A stretch of 64,000 nt of DNA from an uncultured Collinsella sp. (GCA_958413455.1 CATYUU010000004.1:8-64007), one strand, 5' to 3'. Shown: positions 1-9,937, counted from the stretch's first letter. Numbers and translations: made by a program. Notes: a model not told the origin generated them from the sequence alone.

Positions 1-191
1 AACCCACTGATTACAAATCAGTTGCGCTACCGTTGCGCCACACTGGCACACTTGGCGCTTTCGCGCGAAGCCAGTTAAGAATAAAGGAATTGCGGACGAG
101 GCGCAACAGGCCGCACGGCGTTATACAAATATGCAAAATCCAACAACAACAGGTACCAGGCCCGTTCATTTCTATCAGTTCGCCCTCAATC

Positions 192-266
192 TTAAAACTA
201 TTCGTTAGAACGAATAGTTTTAATTACAATGGAATAGATAAAACTATTCGTTCTAGCGAAGGGTTT
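192..266. promoter_or_regulatory. Palindromic operator pair flanking a TACAAT -10 upstream of the HTH-kinase gene
   Basis: Perfect inverted repeat TTAAAACTATTCGTT-AG-AACGAATAGTTTTAA (192-223), TACAAT at 225-230, and a second degenerate copy TAAAACTATTCGTTCTAGCGAAGGGTTT (239-266) just before the ATG at 271. Confidence 0.65.
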
Positions 267-270
267 CGCG

Positions 271-1611
271 ATGTTGACCACGAAGGAAGCTGCAGAGCTA
301 CTTGACATCACCCCGCGCAGGGTGCAGGAGCTCATAAAAAACGGAGCACTTGAGGCCCGCAAGGCTTCCGGTGTATGGCTCATCGACAAAGACAGCGTCG
401 ACACGCGACTCCGCTCCGTGACCAAAACGGGGGGACGCCCCCGTCGCGGCCACGGTAAGAGCGAGATCGCGTTCACCCTCATGAATCGCACGCACGAAGT
501 CGCTCAGCTGGTCTACAGCACATCGCGAAAAGACTTTACCTACATCGGCGCCAACATCGATTACGTCCATGCCCCTATTGGAGTATTTGGCCCTAATAGC
601 CCCATATCGCTCGACTCCTTCCGCACTTGGTGGCGAGGACGCGGTATCCCGCTCGCGCGCATTGGGCTAGCCTCCCTGCTTGCAGAAGCCGCAGTCGATG
701 TTCCCGATGAACTCGTACAGCGAAATCTTGGCCTCTCCTTATCCGACCAGTATTGGATTAGGCCCCAAGACTCCGGCCTCGCGTGGGAAGATATCAATTT
801 CTTCAATAATGCCTTTGATGACGTCTCACTGTCCATTGCACCCTTTGCCCCAGAGGGAAAAGCGGCTGCCGCAAAGCCCGATAACACCTCGGACGGCAAT
901 CTTCAAAAGTACTGGACATGCGAGGGCGGGCGTCGAATTCTGCATAAGGCAGGAGCGCACCTGAACCAGGAACCTTATAACGAGCTGGTGGCGACCACGC
1001 TCCACCGTCGCATCCTAAACACCTGCGATTATGTGCCTTACTCGCTCGAGGGCACGGGCACTTCCGCCCTGAGCATATGCGATGTCTTCTTAACTGATGA
1101 AGAAGAGTATGTCCCTGCGTTCTATGTAAACCAGCACGCAAACGCAGATGAACGACTAACCGACTACGAGCGATACGTAGCAAACTGCGAGGAGCTCGGG
1201 GTGACAGGCGTCAAGGATGCCCTTGACCGCATGATCGTGTGTGACGACATCATCGCCAACTACGATCGTCATTGGCGTAACTTTGGCCTTGTGCGAAACG
1301 TAAACACGCTAGCCTGCAGACCTGCCCCCATCTTCGATTCGGGCTCATCGCTCTGGTGCAACATTTCTCTTGAGGAGCTTCGGGCAGGAGAGCACAGTTT
1401 TACCAGCGCACAATTTCATTCAAGCCCCGCCAAACAAATGTTGCTCGTCGAGGACATGGGCTGGTTTGACGGCGACAAACTCGAGGGCTTTGTCGACGAG
1501 GCGATCGAGATTCTGTCTAAAAACGATGCCCTAGCAGCGAGACTGCCTTATCTAAAAGAGGCGCTAACGTGGCGCCTCGAAAGAATGATCGACATCGCTG
1601 AATGGAGTTAG
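271..1611 (+). CDS. Excisionase/MerR-like HTH fused to a HipA-like (PI3/4-kinase-like) kinase domain
   Basis: N-terminus LTTKEAAELLDITPRRVQELIKNGAL is a typical HTH_17 motif; C-terminal half has SDGNLQK, NYDRHWRNFG and APIFDSGSSL, resembling HipA/CtkA kinase motifs. Confidence 0.75.
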   Translation: MLTTKEAAELLDITPRRVQELIKNGALEARKASGVWLIDKDSVDTRLRSVTKTGGRPRRGHGKSEIAFTLMNRTHEVAQLVYSTSRKDFTYIGANIDYVHAPIGVFGPNSPISLDSFRTWWRGRGIPLARIGLASLLAEAAVDVPDELVQRNLGLSLSDQYWIRPQDSGLAWEDINFFNNAFDDVSLSIAPFAPEGKAAAAKPDNTSDGNLQKYWTCEGGRRILHKAGAHLNQEPYNELVATTLHRRILNTCDYVPYSLEGTGTSALSICDVFLTDEEEYVPAFYVNQHANADERLTDYERYVANCEELGVTGVKDALDRMIVCDDIIANYDRHWRNFGLVRNVNTLACRPAPIFDSGSSLWCNISLEELRAGEHSFTSAQFHSSPAKQMLLVEDMGWFDGDKLEGFVDEAIEILSKNDALAARLPYLKEALTWRLERMIDIAEWS

Positions 1612-1638
1612 CGAGGCAGCATTGCCCCGCCAACTCCC

Positions 1639-2316
1639 CTACCGCCCGCGCAGGGCCTTAAGCTTTGCCAGGGCCTCGGGGCTCAGGCGGCTGCCCAGGG
1701 TCATCTTGATCTGCGGAGCTTCCTCTGCCTCGTGAACGTCGTTATCGATCTGTTTGATCTCGTCCACCAGCATACGGCTCGAGATGCGCGTAACGCCCTT
1801 ACCCATGACGACGGCCTGGATCGTGCCGTCGCTCGATACCACGGAGCACGCGCGGCCTTCTTCGCGCGCCTCGATGCAGAGCTTCTGCACCACGGTATCG
1901 GCCGAAACACCCGTCGGCGAAAACTCAATGCGCACGCCGCGGGCCGGTAGGTTGGGGCGCTCGCTGGAGATATTGCCCGCGCCGTCAAACACGATTACGG
2001 CCTCGTAACGGCCCTGGGCAAAGGCGGCGACGTCGTTGATGAGGGCGGTGCGCGCCATATCGTGAACGTCGCTGGAATACGGATCGTCGGAATGGTCGTA
2101 CACGAGCTTTTCGTAGCGCGGCGTGCAGTGGATCACGTTGTAGCCGTCGACCACCAGCAGCTCGGGCTTGTTGGAGTGCACCGTCGAGACCGGGTCGGCG
2201 ATGGCCTGCGCAAACGCATTGCCGCCCACGCCATAGGTCGCGGCCGAAACAATCGGCTTGGCCGAGCCCTCGCCAAAGCGCTTGGCCTTGGACTTGGCGC
2301 GGTTCTTCTTGGACAT
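1639..2316 (-). CDS. NYN-domain ribonuclease (YacP/Rae1-like)
   Basis: LLVVDGYNVI, VIVFDG, SADTVV and VVSSD motifs; position after rlmB as in the conserved cysS-rlmB-yacP cluster. Confidence 0.85.
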   Translation of the reverse strand: MSKKNRAKSKAKRFGEGSAKPIVSAATYGVGGNAFAQAIADPVSTVHSNKPELLVVDGYNVIHCTPRYEKLVYDHSDDPYSSDVHDMARTALINDVAAFAQGRYEAVIVFDGAGNISSERPNLPARGVRIEFSPTGVSADTVVQKLCIEAREEGRACSVVSSDGTIQAVVMGKGVTRISSRMLVDEIKQIDNDVHEAEEAPQIKMTLGSRLSPEALAKLKALRGR

Positions 2317-2319
2317 GCG

Positions 2320-3234
2320 CTACTCCTCCCCCATGAGCTCACCGGCGTTGCGGCGCAGCCACTCAAAGCACAGCGCCGTGGTCGCCTGGGCAACATTGAG
2401 GCTCTCGGTCATGCCGCGCTGGGGAAGCTTGGTCAAAAAGTCGCATTTCTCGAGCACCAGGCGCGAGATGCCGTCGCCCTCGGAGCCCATGACGAGCGCC
2501 ACGCGGCCCTCGAAGGGAGCATCCCAGCAACTGCCTTCGGCGTGCTCGGAGGCACCGCCCACCCAAAAGCCAGCGGCCTTAAGATCGTCGAGCGCACGGG
2601 CGATGTTGGGCACCTGCGCGATAGGCAGATGCATGACGGCGCCGGCAGAAGTCTTGTAGCTACCCACCGTTACGCCGGCGGCTCGTTTGTTGGCGATGAT
2701 GACGCCCGCTGCGCCCACAACCTCGGCAGAGCGCACGATGGCGCCAAAGTTACCGTCGTCGGTCACATGGTCGAGCACAACGACAAGCGCCGGACCGTCG
2801 CCCGCGCGGTCGAGGATGTCGGCGACATCGGCATAGGGGAAGTTGCCAACCTCGAGCGCAATGCCCTGGTGAGCGCCATGGCTCGACAGCGCATCGAGCT
2901 GCGCGCGCGGCACATACTTAATGCGGACACCCGCGGCGTTGAGGTCATCGACCAGACGCGACAGGGCGGCATCGCGCTCCCCGCCCTCGGCAATGAGCGC
3001 GCACTTGATGGGAAAACCGGTACGCAGCGCCTCGGCGGCAGCACGACGGCCTTCGATAAACTCACCCTTGGGAGCCTGGACAGCGTCGCGGCCACGCTCG
3101 CGCTGCGGACGTGCAGCCTGGGTACGATCTCGCTGGCCCTTGGGAGCGGCAGCGCGGTCGTTGCGGTGAATCGGACGCGAGCCAGAAGCGGCCTGCTTGC
3201 CGCCACGAGGCGCACGCTTGCGATTGTCGGCCAT
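2320..3234 (-). CDS. rlmB: 23S rRNA (Gm2251) methyltransferase RlmB
   Basis: SpoU motifs HQGIAL, LDHVTDDGNFGAIVRSA, GSEGDG, ESLNVAQA. Confidence 0.93.
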   Translation of the reverse strand: MADNRKRAPRGGKQAASGSRPIHRNDRAAAPKGQRDRTQAARPQRERGRDAVQAPKGEFIEGRRAAAEALRTGFPIKCALIAEGGERDAALSRLVDDLNAAGVRIKYVPRAQLDALSSHGAHQGIALEVGNFPYADVADILDRAGDGPALVVVLDHVTDDGNFGAIVRSAEVVGAAGVIIANKRAAGVTVGSYKTSAGAVMHLPIAQVPNIARALDDLKAAGFWVGGASEHAEGSCWDAPFEGRVALVMGSEGDGISRLVLEKCDFLTKLPQRGMTESLNVAQATTALCFEWLRRNAGELMGEE

Positions 3235-3377
3235 AAAGCGGCCTCCTTAAATAGATAACGAACAAGAATCGACCGTCCGAGCCACGGCACCTTGCCTTTC
3301 AATCGTCAGGCATGACCACCAGGTCGATGCCCTCCTCTTTCAAGGCAATCCGCCGCACCTCGAACGGTCGACAAATA

Positions 3378-4844
3378 CTAGAGGGTCTTAATACGAGTAC
3401 CCGCGGCCGTATCCTCAATGGTGAGGCCCAGGTCTTTGAGCTGGTCGCGGATGGCGTCGGCCAGATCCCAGTTCTTGGCGGCACGGGCCTCGGCGCGGGC
3501 CTCGAGAATCTTGGCAGCAGCCTCGTCCACGTCGTCGCCCGTGTAGGCGACCAGGCCGGCGGCAACGCCCAGCAGGCCCAGCGGCAGCTCGACCTTGGGC
3601 TCGGGAAGCTCGACGCCAAACGTATCGAGCAACTCGGCCAGCGTGTCGGCGGCGGCAAGCGCGGCGGCCTTGTCGGCAGCGTCGCCCGCCTGCTCCAGGT
3701 ACTGGTTGCATTCAGTGACAAAGCCAAAGACGGCACCCATGGCACCGGCGGTGTTAAAGTCGTCGTCCATGCACTCCTTAAAGGCGGCGCGGGTCTCGGC
3801 GGCCTTGGCGGCAAACGCCTCGGATGCTGCCTCATCGGCATCGGCCGTCGCATGGTTCGCGGCCCAGCGCAGGTTCTCGACCGTACCGGCGATACGCGTG
3901 AGCGAGTTCTCGGCACCCTCCAGGCGCTCCCAAGAAAAGTCGAGCGGCGAGCGATAGCTCGTCTGCAGCATCAGCAGGCGCAGGGCCGCGGCAGAGTGCT
4001 GCTCGAGCACCTCGGCCAGCGTAAAGAAGTTTCCGAGCGACTTGGACATCTTCTCGCCGTCTACCAGCAGCATGCCCGTGTGCATCCAGGTGTTGGAGAA
4101 GCCCTGGTGCCAGGCGCAGGTGGCCTGGGCGCACTCGTTCTCGTGATGCGGGAAGGCAAGGTCGGAGCCGCCGCCGTGGATGTCAATCGGGGTGCCCAGG
4201 TAGCGGTGCACCATGGCGGCGCACTCGGTGTGCCAACCGGGACGGCCCTCGCCCCAGGGGCTCGGCCAGCTGGGCTCGCCGGGCTTGGCGGCCTTCCACA
4301 GGGCAAAGTCGAGCGGGTCGTTCTTGTCCTCGTTCTCCTCGATGCGCGCGCCAACCATAAGGTCGTCGATGTTGCGGCCCGAGACCTGACCATAGTTGGG
4401 ATCGCTGCGCACGGCAAAGTACACGTCGCCGTTATCGGCTGCGTAAGCGTGGCCCTGCTCGATAAGCGTCTTGATCATGGCGATCATGGGGCCGATCTCC
4501 TTGGTGGCGCGGGGGCGCACATCGGGATCGAGCACGTTGGCGGCGCGCATGACGCCGATGAACTTGTCGGAGAACTCCGTCGCGACCTCGGCGGCCGTAC
4601 GGCCCTGCTCGTTGGCGCGCTTGATGATCTTGTCGTCGACATCGGTGAGGTTCTGGGCGAACGTGACCTCGTAACCGCTCGCGATGAGCCAGCGACGAAT
4701 CACGTCAAAGCTAATGAACGTGCGGGCATTGCCGATGTGAATGTTGTCATAGACCGTGGGGCCGCACACGTACATGCGGACCTTGCCGGACTCGATGGGC
4801 TGGAACTCTTCCTTTTTATGGGTAGCGCTGTTGTAGATACGCAT
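3378..4844 (-). CDS. cysS: Cysteine--tRNA ligase
   Basis: CGPTVY...HIGN, GRPGWHTEC, DIHGGGSDLAFPHHENE, KMSKS. Confidence 0.98.
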   Translation of the reverse strand: MRIYNSATHKKEEFQPIESGKVRMYVCGPTVYDNIHIGNARTFISFDVIRRWLIASGYEVTFAQNLTDVDDKIIKRANEQGRTAAEVATEFSDKFIGVMRAANVLDPDVRPRATKEIGPMIAMIKTLIEQGHAYAADNGDVYFAVRSDPNYGQVSGRNIDDLMVGARIEENEDKNDPLDFALWKAAKPGEPSWPSPWGEGRPGWHTECAAMVHRYLGTPIDIHGGGSDLAFPHHENECAQATCAWHQGFSNTWMHTGMLLVDGEKMSKSLGNFFTLAEVLEQHSAAALRLLMLQTSYRSPLDFSWERLEGAENSLTRIAGTVENLRWAANHATADADEAASEAFAAKAAETRAAFKECMDDDFNTAGAMGAVFGFVTECNQYLEQAGDAADKAAALAAADTLAELLDTFGVELPEPKVELPLGLLGVAAGLVAYTGDDVDEAAAKILEARAEARAAKNWDLADAIRDQLKDLGLTIEDTAAGTRIKTL

Positions 4845-4847
4845 TCG

Positions 4848-5342
4848 TTACTCCTTAACGGTTTTCTGTAGCAGGCAGACGGCCCAGGCGCCGATTCCCT
4901 CGCCCTGGCCTTCCCAACCGAGCTTTTCGGTCGTAGTGGCGGCGACGCCCACGTTTTCGACGTCAACGCCCAGGGCATGGGCAAGGTTGGCGCGCATGGC
5001 ATCGCGATGCGGGGTGATCTTAGGCTGCTGGCAGGCAATGGTGCAATCGGCATCGACAAACTCAAAGCCCAGCTCACGCGCATAGTCCATCACGCGGGCA
5101 AGCAGCACCATCGAATCGGCACCCTCGTAGGCGGGATCGGTGTCGGGGAATAGCTTGCCGATGTCTCCCCCACGGCAGGCGCCCAGAATGGCGTCGGCCA
5201 AGGCGTGCGCGAGCACATCGGCATCCGAGTGGCCCAGCAGGCCGCGCTCGTAGGGAATGTCGACACCGCCGATGATACATCGACGCCCCTCCACCAGACG
5301 GTGAACGTCGTAGCCATGGCCAATGCGCAGGTTACTGAACAT
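4848..5342 (-). CDS. ispF: 2-C-methyl-D-erythritol 2,4-cyclodiphosphate synthase
   Basis: RIGHGYDVHRL, GHSDADV, GDIGKLFPDTDP; start chosen at ATG 5342 (MFSNLR), overlapping the ispD end. Confidence 0.96.
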   Translation of the reverse strand: MFSNLRIGHGYDVHRLVEGRRCIIGGVDIPYERGLLGHSDADVLAHALADAILGACRGGDIGKLFPDTDPAYEGADSMVLLARVMDYARELGFEFVDADCTIACQQPKITPHRDAMRANLAHALGVDVENVGVAATTTEKLGWEGQGEGIGAWAVCLLQKTVKE

Positions 5343-6060
5343 GGGGAAGGTCCTCTCCCTCGGCCATGCGGCCAAGCAGAATCGCGGTTACGGGACGCAG
5401 GTCCTCGGGCACCGTCACCTTAAGGTTATCGCGTGGGCTCTGGACGCAGCGGACGCGCCCACCCATGCGCTCGACCAGCGACGAATCATCGGTACCGATA
5501 AAGCCCTCGGCAATGGCTGCAGCGTGGGCGCGCTTCATAGCATCGACGCTAAAGATCTGCGGCGTCTGCGCTGCCCAGTAGAGCTCACGCGGCGGCGTCT
5601 CGACGATATTATCGCCGTCAACGATCTTGAGCGTGTCGATCGCGGGCTGACCGCACACGACACCGTCGAGGGCACGGTCGCTCACGAGCACGTCGATAGC
5701 GTGGTCGATGGCCTCGGTCGTAATGAGCGGACGAGCGCCGTCGTGGATGGCGACATATTCGAAACCCGCCGGAACCGCATGCACGCCGGCACGGGTGGAA
5801 TCCTGACGGGTATCGCCGGCATCGGCAAAGCTGATGGGCGTGTCATAGTCAAACGGGTCAATGGCCAGGCGGCGCATCTCGGCACGGCGCTCGGCAGGGC
5901 AAACCACGACGATATGGCCGACCTTATCGCTACGATCGAACGCGCGGATGGACCAGCTCATGAGCGGACGGCCCGCCACATTAACGAGCTGCTTGCCGCC
6001 GGGATTTCCAAAGCGCTGGCCGCTGCCGCCGGCAACGACCACGGCGCATACGGGCGCCAT
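5332..6060 (-). CDS. ispD: 2-C-methyl-D-erythritol 4-phosphate cytidylyltransferase
   Basis: AGGSGQRF, IHDGARP, AQTPQIF, TDDSSLVE, NLKVT. Confidence 0.96.
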   Translation of the reverse strand: MAPVCAVVVAGGSGQRFGNPGGKQLVNVAGRPLMSWSIRAFDRSDKVGHIVVVCPAERRAEMRRLAIDPFDYDTPISFADAGDTRQDSTRAGVHAVPAGFEYVAIHDGARPLITTEAIDHAIDVLVSDRALDGVVCGQPAIDTLKIVDGDNIVETPPRELYWAAQTPQIFSVDAMKRAHAAAIAEGFIGTDDSSLVERMGGRVRCVQSPRDNLKVTVPEDLRPVTAILLGRMAEGEDLPHVQ

Positions 6061-7127
6061 TATGCGTTCCCCTGTTTGGTGCCCTTCATGCGGTACAGCG
6101 AGTCCGCAAGAATGGCAGGGTTGTTGACGCCAAAGTCGCCCAAGCGCTCCGGATCCTCGCTGATGTCGTCCATGAGCTCCTGCAGCGAGCCGTACTCGTC
6201 GACGATCTTCTCGGCCACGCCGTCGCGCACGACGGACACGCGCGAAAGCGTGCGCAGGCCCAGCGGCGTCATGACGGAGTCCTCGTCCAAGTCGTCATAG
6301 CCCAGAACTGCCGCCACGTGCTGCGGGTCGGACAGGTCCTTAGGCGTCATACGGCTCAGCTCGGCGCGAATCTTCTCGGCGTTGGCCTCAGAGGAATCGC
6401 TCGCGTAGTCGCGGATCATCAAGTCGTATTCGGTATCCATGCTGGAGCCCGCGAGCTGCTCGAGCTGCATCTGCACGAGCTTACCCTGGTTACCCAGCTT
6501 GACAATGCAATCCTTAAGCTCGGTCTTTGCCTGCTGCATGATCTCGAAGCTCGAGAAAATACCGGTAATGTCGGCGAGTGTGACGTAGTCGTCGAGCTCG
6601 AGGGCCGTCAGGCGCAACAGGGAGCGATCGAGCGACTGACGGGTAGTCTGGAGCGTGGCGACGAGCTGGTTGACCGAGCTCATGATGGTGGTGACGGGCT
6701 GGATCTCGTAGCTCTTGCCGTGGACGTACACGTTGACGACGGCGCGACGAGCCGAAACCGAGATCACGATGGCATCGGTGAGCACCGACATGCGAGCGGC
6801 AGTACGGTGACGCATGCCCGTCTCACTCGTGGCGAGCGAGGGATCGGGATTGAGGTGGAAGTTGGCGCGCAGGATCTGGGTGAGGTCGCCATCGATAACG
6901 ATGGCGCCGTCCATCTTGGAAAGCTCGAACAGGCGGTTCGAGGTAAACGAAATGTTGAGCGGGAAGCCGTCGTTACCGGCAGCGAGCACGTTTTCGGTGT
7001 CGCCGACGCAGATAAGGGCGCCCAGGTGACCGGCGATGATCATGTCGAGGGCGGTGCGGATCGGCTGACCAGGTGCCGTCAGGCGGATGGCCTGTTCCAT
7101 ACGCTTTTGCAGCTCGTTCTTATCCAA
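6060..7127 (-). CDS. disA: DNA integrity scanning diadenylate cyclase DisA
   Basis: DAC motifs MDGA and TGMRHRTA; C-terminal HhH-like region; TTG start. Confidence 0.92.
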   Translation of the reverse strand: MDKNELQKRMEQAIRLTAPGQPIRTALDMIIAGHLGALICVGDTENVLAAGNDGFPLNISFTSNRLFELSKMDGAIVIDGDLTQILRANFHLNPDPSLATSETGMRHRTAARMSVLTDAIVISVSARRAVVNVYVHGKSYEIQPVTTIMSSVNQLVATLQTTRQSLDRSLLRLTALELDDYVTLADITGIFSSFEIMQQAKTELKDCIVKLGNQGKLVQMQLEQLAGSSMDTEYDLMIRDYASDSSEANAEKIRAELSRMTPKDLSDPQHVAAVLGYDDLDEDSVMTPLGLRTLSRVSVVRDGVAEKIVDEYGSLQELMDDISEDPERLGDFGVNNPAILADSLYRMKGTKQGNA

Positions 7128-7283
7128 GGCATCGCTCCCATCGTATACGATCCATAAACGCTAAATAGTTTCTCACGGTTTGTCCCTGCGGCGCTTGCGA
7201 AATCCGATGCTTACAGAATGAGCGAACACAGCTGAGAGCCCAACCCAAATCAGCTGTTCATGTGGTAGCATCGGGATTCGCAT

Positions 7284-7420
7284 AAATGAGGGAGTAGTCG
7301 CGTGATCGGGTTCGCCTCCGGTGGCGCGGCAAGTCAACACACTGGCCGATGCGGCCTGGCTTGCCTTAATGAACGAGACTCGTGGCTGTGCGCGCAACGC
7401 GTACGCCACGGGTCTTTTTT
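7284..7420 (+). ncRNA. yybP-ykoY (Mn2+-sensing) riboswitch with intrinsic terminator
   Basis: Conserved elements GGGAGTAG, GTCAACACAC and CGAGAC; terminator AGACTCGTGGC...GCCACGGGTCT-TTTTT (7376-7420); directly upstream of mntP. Confidence 0.85.
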
Positions 7421-7473
7421 GTTACTCCCCCAAGAGGTACACGCGGGCCCGCCCGCAGAGAGGGAGCCAGACT

Positions 7474-8052
7474 ATGGGACTCGCAGAGCTTGTGTTGCTC
7501 GCTATCGGCCTTTCTATGGACGCTTTTGCCGTATCCATCTGCAAGGGCCTTGGCATGAAAAGGATCAACCTTAAGGTCGCCGTGATACTCGGCCTGTTCT
7601 TTGGCGGTTTCCAGGCCGGCATGCCCGTAATTGGGTGGGCCCTTGGTAGCCAGTTCATGGGCATCATCAGCCCCATCGACCACTGGATCGCCTTTATCCT
7701 GCTCGCCTTTATCGGCGGCAAGATGCTGTGGGAAGCCTTTACTGAGGACGAGAACGAAGGCGACGGCAAGGATGCCGAAAAGATCGACCTGGGCGAATAT
7801 CTAATCCTTGCCATCGCCACCTCGATTGACGCGCTTGCCGTGGGCATCTCGTTTGCCGCGCTCTCGGTCGATATCGTTCCCGCCGTGTCGCTCATTGGCA
7901 TCACGACCTTTGTCTTCTCCGTTGCCGGCGTAGCGATCGGCCACACCTTTGGCGCGCGCTACGAAAAGCCCGCCACCATCGTGGGTGGCGTCGTGCTCGT
8001 CCTCATCGGCCTCAAGATTTTGCTGGAGCATCTGGGGATTTTGGCGCTGTAA
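7474..8052 (+). CDS. mntP: Manganese efflux pump MntP
   Basis: Two repeats LSMDAFAVS and TSIDALAVG; DHWIAF; GLKILLEHL. Confidence 0.93.
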   Translation: MGLAELVLLAIGLSMDAFAVSICKGLGMKRINLKVAVILGLFFGGFQAGMPVIGWALGSQFMGIISPIDHWIAFILLAFIGGKMLWEAFTEDENEGDGKDAEKIDLGEYLILAIATSIDALAVGISFAALSVDIVPAVSLIGITTFVFSVAGVAIGHTFGARYEKPATIVGGVVLVLIGLKILLEHLGILAL

Positions 8053-8087
8053 AACACCCTTCAAAACTAAACGTCCGGATGAGGCCT

Positions 8088-8159
8088 CATGCAGAGTTTT
8101 GCATGAGGCCTTTTCATGCAGACTTTTGCATGTCATACTATGATGCAAAAGTCTGCACG
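8088..8159. promoter_or_regulatory. Three 18-bp HipB-type operators
   Basis: CATGCAGAGTTTTGCATG (8088-8105), CATGCAGACTTTTGCATG (8115-8132), GATGCAAAAGTCTGCACG (8142-8159); 27-bp period; immediately before the hipB-like gene. Confidence 0.75.
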
Positions 8160-8172
8160 TTAGGAGATCGCC

Positions 8173-8604
8173 GTGGATACCCTTCCCATCACCACACCGC
8201 GCCAAGCTGGCATCTACGTGCGCCAGGCACGCGAGGCTCAGGGTCTCACCCGTGCCGCCCTCGCTAATAAGGCCGGTGTTTCGGAGCGCCTGCTCGCATC
8301 GCTCGAGCTGGGAGATGCCACGGGCATTCGGCTCGACAAGCTGTTGACCGTCTTTAACGCACTCGGCATAGGTCTCTTTGCGCAAAGCGATAACGACTCC
8401 ATCGCATCGCCCTCCGAACATCCGATGACGATAGCGGACCTCCCTATCGCGAACTCGAATGCCCTGCCAAAGCCAAGCGTAGGCAGACGACCCGCTCGAC
8501 AAGGAACGCCAGCTTTCTATGGTGCCTTGCTGGCCCAAATCGCAGCCGAGCAAGGCCTTTCCGGCACTTCAGACCTCTCCTTTGGCTGTAAGGTTGTGAA
8601 ATAA
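8173..8604 (+). CDS. hipB: XRE-family HTH antitoxin (HipB-like)
   Basis: VRQAREAQGLTRAALANKAGVSERLLASLELG HTH; stop abuts the hipA start. Confidence 0.8.
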   Translation: MDTLPITTPRQAGIYVRQAREAQGLTRAALANKAGVSERLLASLELGDATGIRLDKLLTVFNALGIGLFAQSDNDSIASPSEHPMTIADLPIANSNALPKPSVGRRPARQGTPAFYGALLAQIAAEQGLSGTSDLSFGCKVVK

Positions 8605-9909
8605 ATGGCAGAAATGGAGCTTGCGACCCTCATTTGTGGCGAAATCGCCGGCACTCTCCGGCAAGACGAGCATGGACTCTGCAGCTTTGTATACGCCCCA
8701 ACCTATCGCGGAGCACCGCTATCGTTAACAATGCCGCTTTCCAATCGCACATATGGCCATAACATCGTCCGTCCGTTCCTATTTGGCCTTTTGCCCGACA
8801 GCCAAGAGCAGCGTCGCGCTATTGCCGCCGAGCATGACGTTGCATCCAACAACCCCGTCGCCCTCTTGTGCCATATCGGTCTTGACTGCGCGGGGGCCGT
8901 TCAGTTTTGTCGAGCCGATCAATTAGATGCCGCCCACGGCAGGGTCTCAGCATACCGCCCGCTTACCAATTCTCAAATCGCTCACAAGCTCAAAGCAATT
9001 CGCGATGACGAAAGAGAGACATGGATGGGCTCCAACGAAAGCTGGTCCCTGGGCGGCAACCAAGGCAAATTTGCACTAGCTTGGCATGATGGACAATGGT
9101 GCGAATGTCTAGGGTCATCCCCCACTACCCATATCTTCAAAAATGGTGTCGTTGGGTTCAAACATCAGGCCTTAAACGAATTCGTCTGCATGAAAACAGC
9201 TCGGCGTGTTGGCATTCCAACTGCCAACGTCTCCTATTGCACATTTGAAGACGAAGCTGCGCTCGTCGTTGAACGGTACGACAGAATGGTCAATAGCAGC
9301 GGAAATATCGAAAGGCTGCATCAGGAGGACTTTTGCCAGGCACTCGGTGTATTGCCAACCCAGAAATACACCGCCGACGGAGGACCAACTACACGAGACA
9401 TCCAAGAACGACTGATTAACACAGTCCCCCACCACATGAATCTTGTGCTTTTTACCTATATGTTGTTCTATAACGCCATTATCGGAGCGCCTGACGCACA
9501 CGCTAAAAACTACTCGCTCATCCTAGGCAAAGGCACAAACGCGGCGCTCGCACCCATGTACGATGTCGCATCGGGCTTAGCATACGAACGTATGCGGCGA
9601 AAAGCGCGCCTTGCCATGAGCGTTGGCGGCGAAAATCGTGTGGGGCGCATCGGTCCAGGCGCCATCCGCCGATATCACGGCATGGACGACCCCGCGCTGG
9701 AAGCGGCGCTCACCGATGCCGGGCTGACCGAGAAGTTTTGTATTGCGACCATGATGGACCTCGCCTACGAGGTACCCATTTGCATGGAAGAGGTCATGGA
9801 CGAATACGCCGACCTGCCCGGCATGGCGGACCTGCGCGAGCATATGCTCGGCCCCGTCCGCGAAAACTGCCAGCGCACCCTCGACCTCATCAGGGCAGAA
9901 ATGGACTAG
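8605..9909 (+). CDS. hipA: HipA-family Ser/Thr kinase toxin
   Basis: Couple domain LSLTMPL...GLLPD; SLGGNQGK P-loop, PTTHIFK, HQEDFCQALG, DAHAKNYS, LAPMYD. Confidence 0.93.
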   Translation: MAEMELATLICGEIAGTLRQDEHGLCSFVYAPTYRGAPLSLTMPLSNRTYGHNIVRPFLFGLLPDSQEQRRAIAAEHDVASNNPVALLCHIGLDCAGAVQFCRADQLDAAHGRVSAYRPLTNSQIAHKLKAIRDDERETWMGSNESWSLGGNQGKFALAWHDGQWCECLGSSPTTHIFKNGVVGFKHQALNEFVCMKTARRVGIPTANVSYCTFEDEAALVVERYDRMVNSSGNIERLHQEDFCQALGVLPTQKYTADGGPTTRDIQERLINTVPHHMNLVLFTYMLFYNAIIGAPDAHAKNYSLILGKGTNAALAPMYDVASGLAYERMRRKARLAMSVGGENRVGRIGPGAIRRYHGMDDPALEAALTDAGLTEKFCIATMMDLAYEVPICMEEVMDEYADLPGMADLREHMLGPVRENCQRTLDLIRAEMD

Positions 9910-9937
9910 GTGGCCGTAATTTCGCAATTATCAAACA

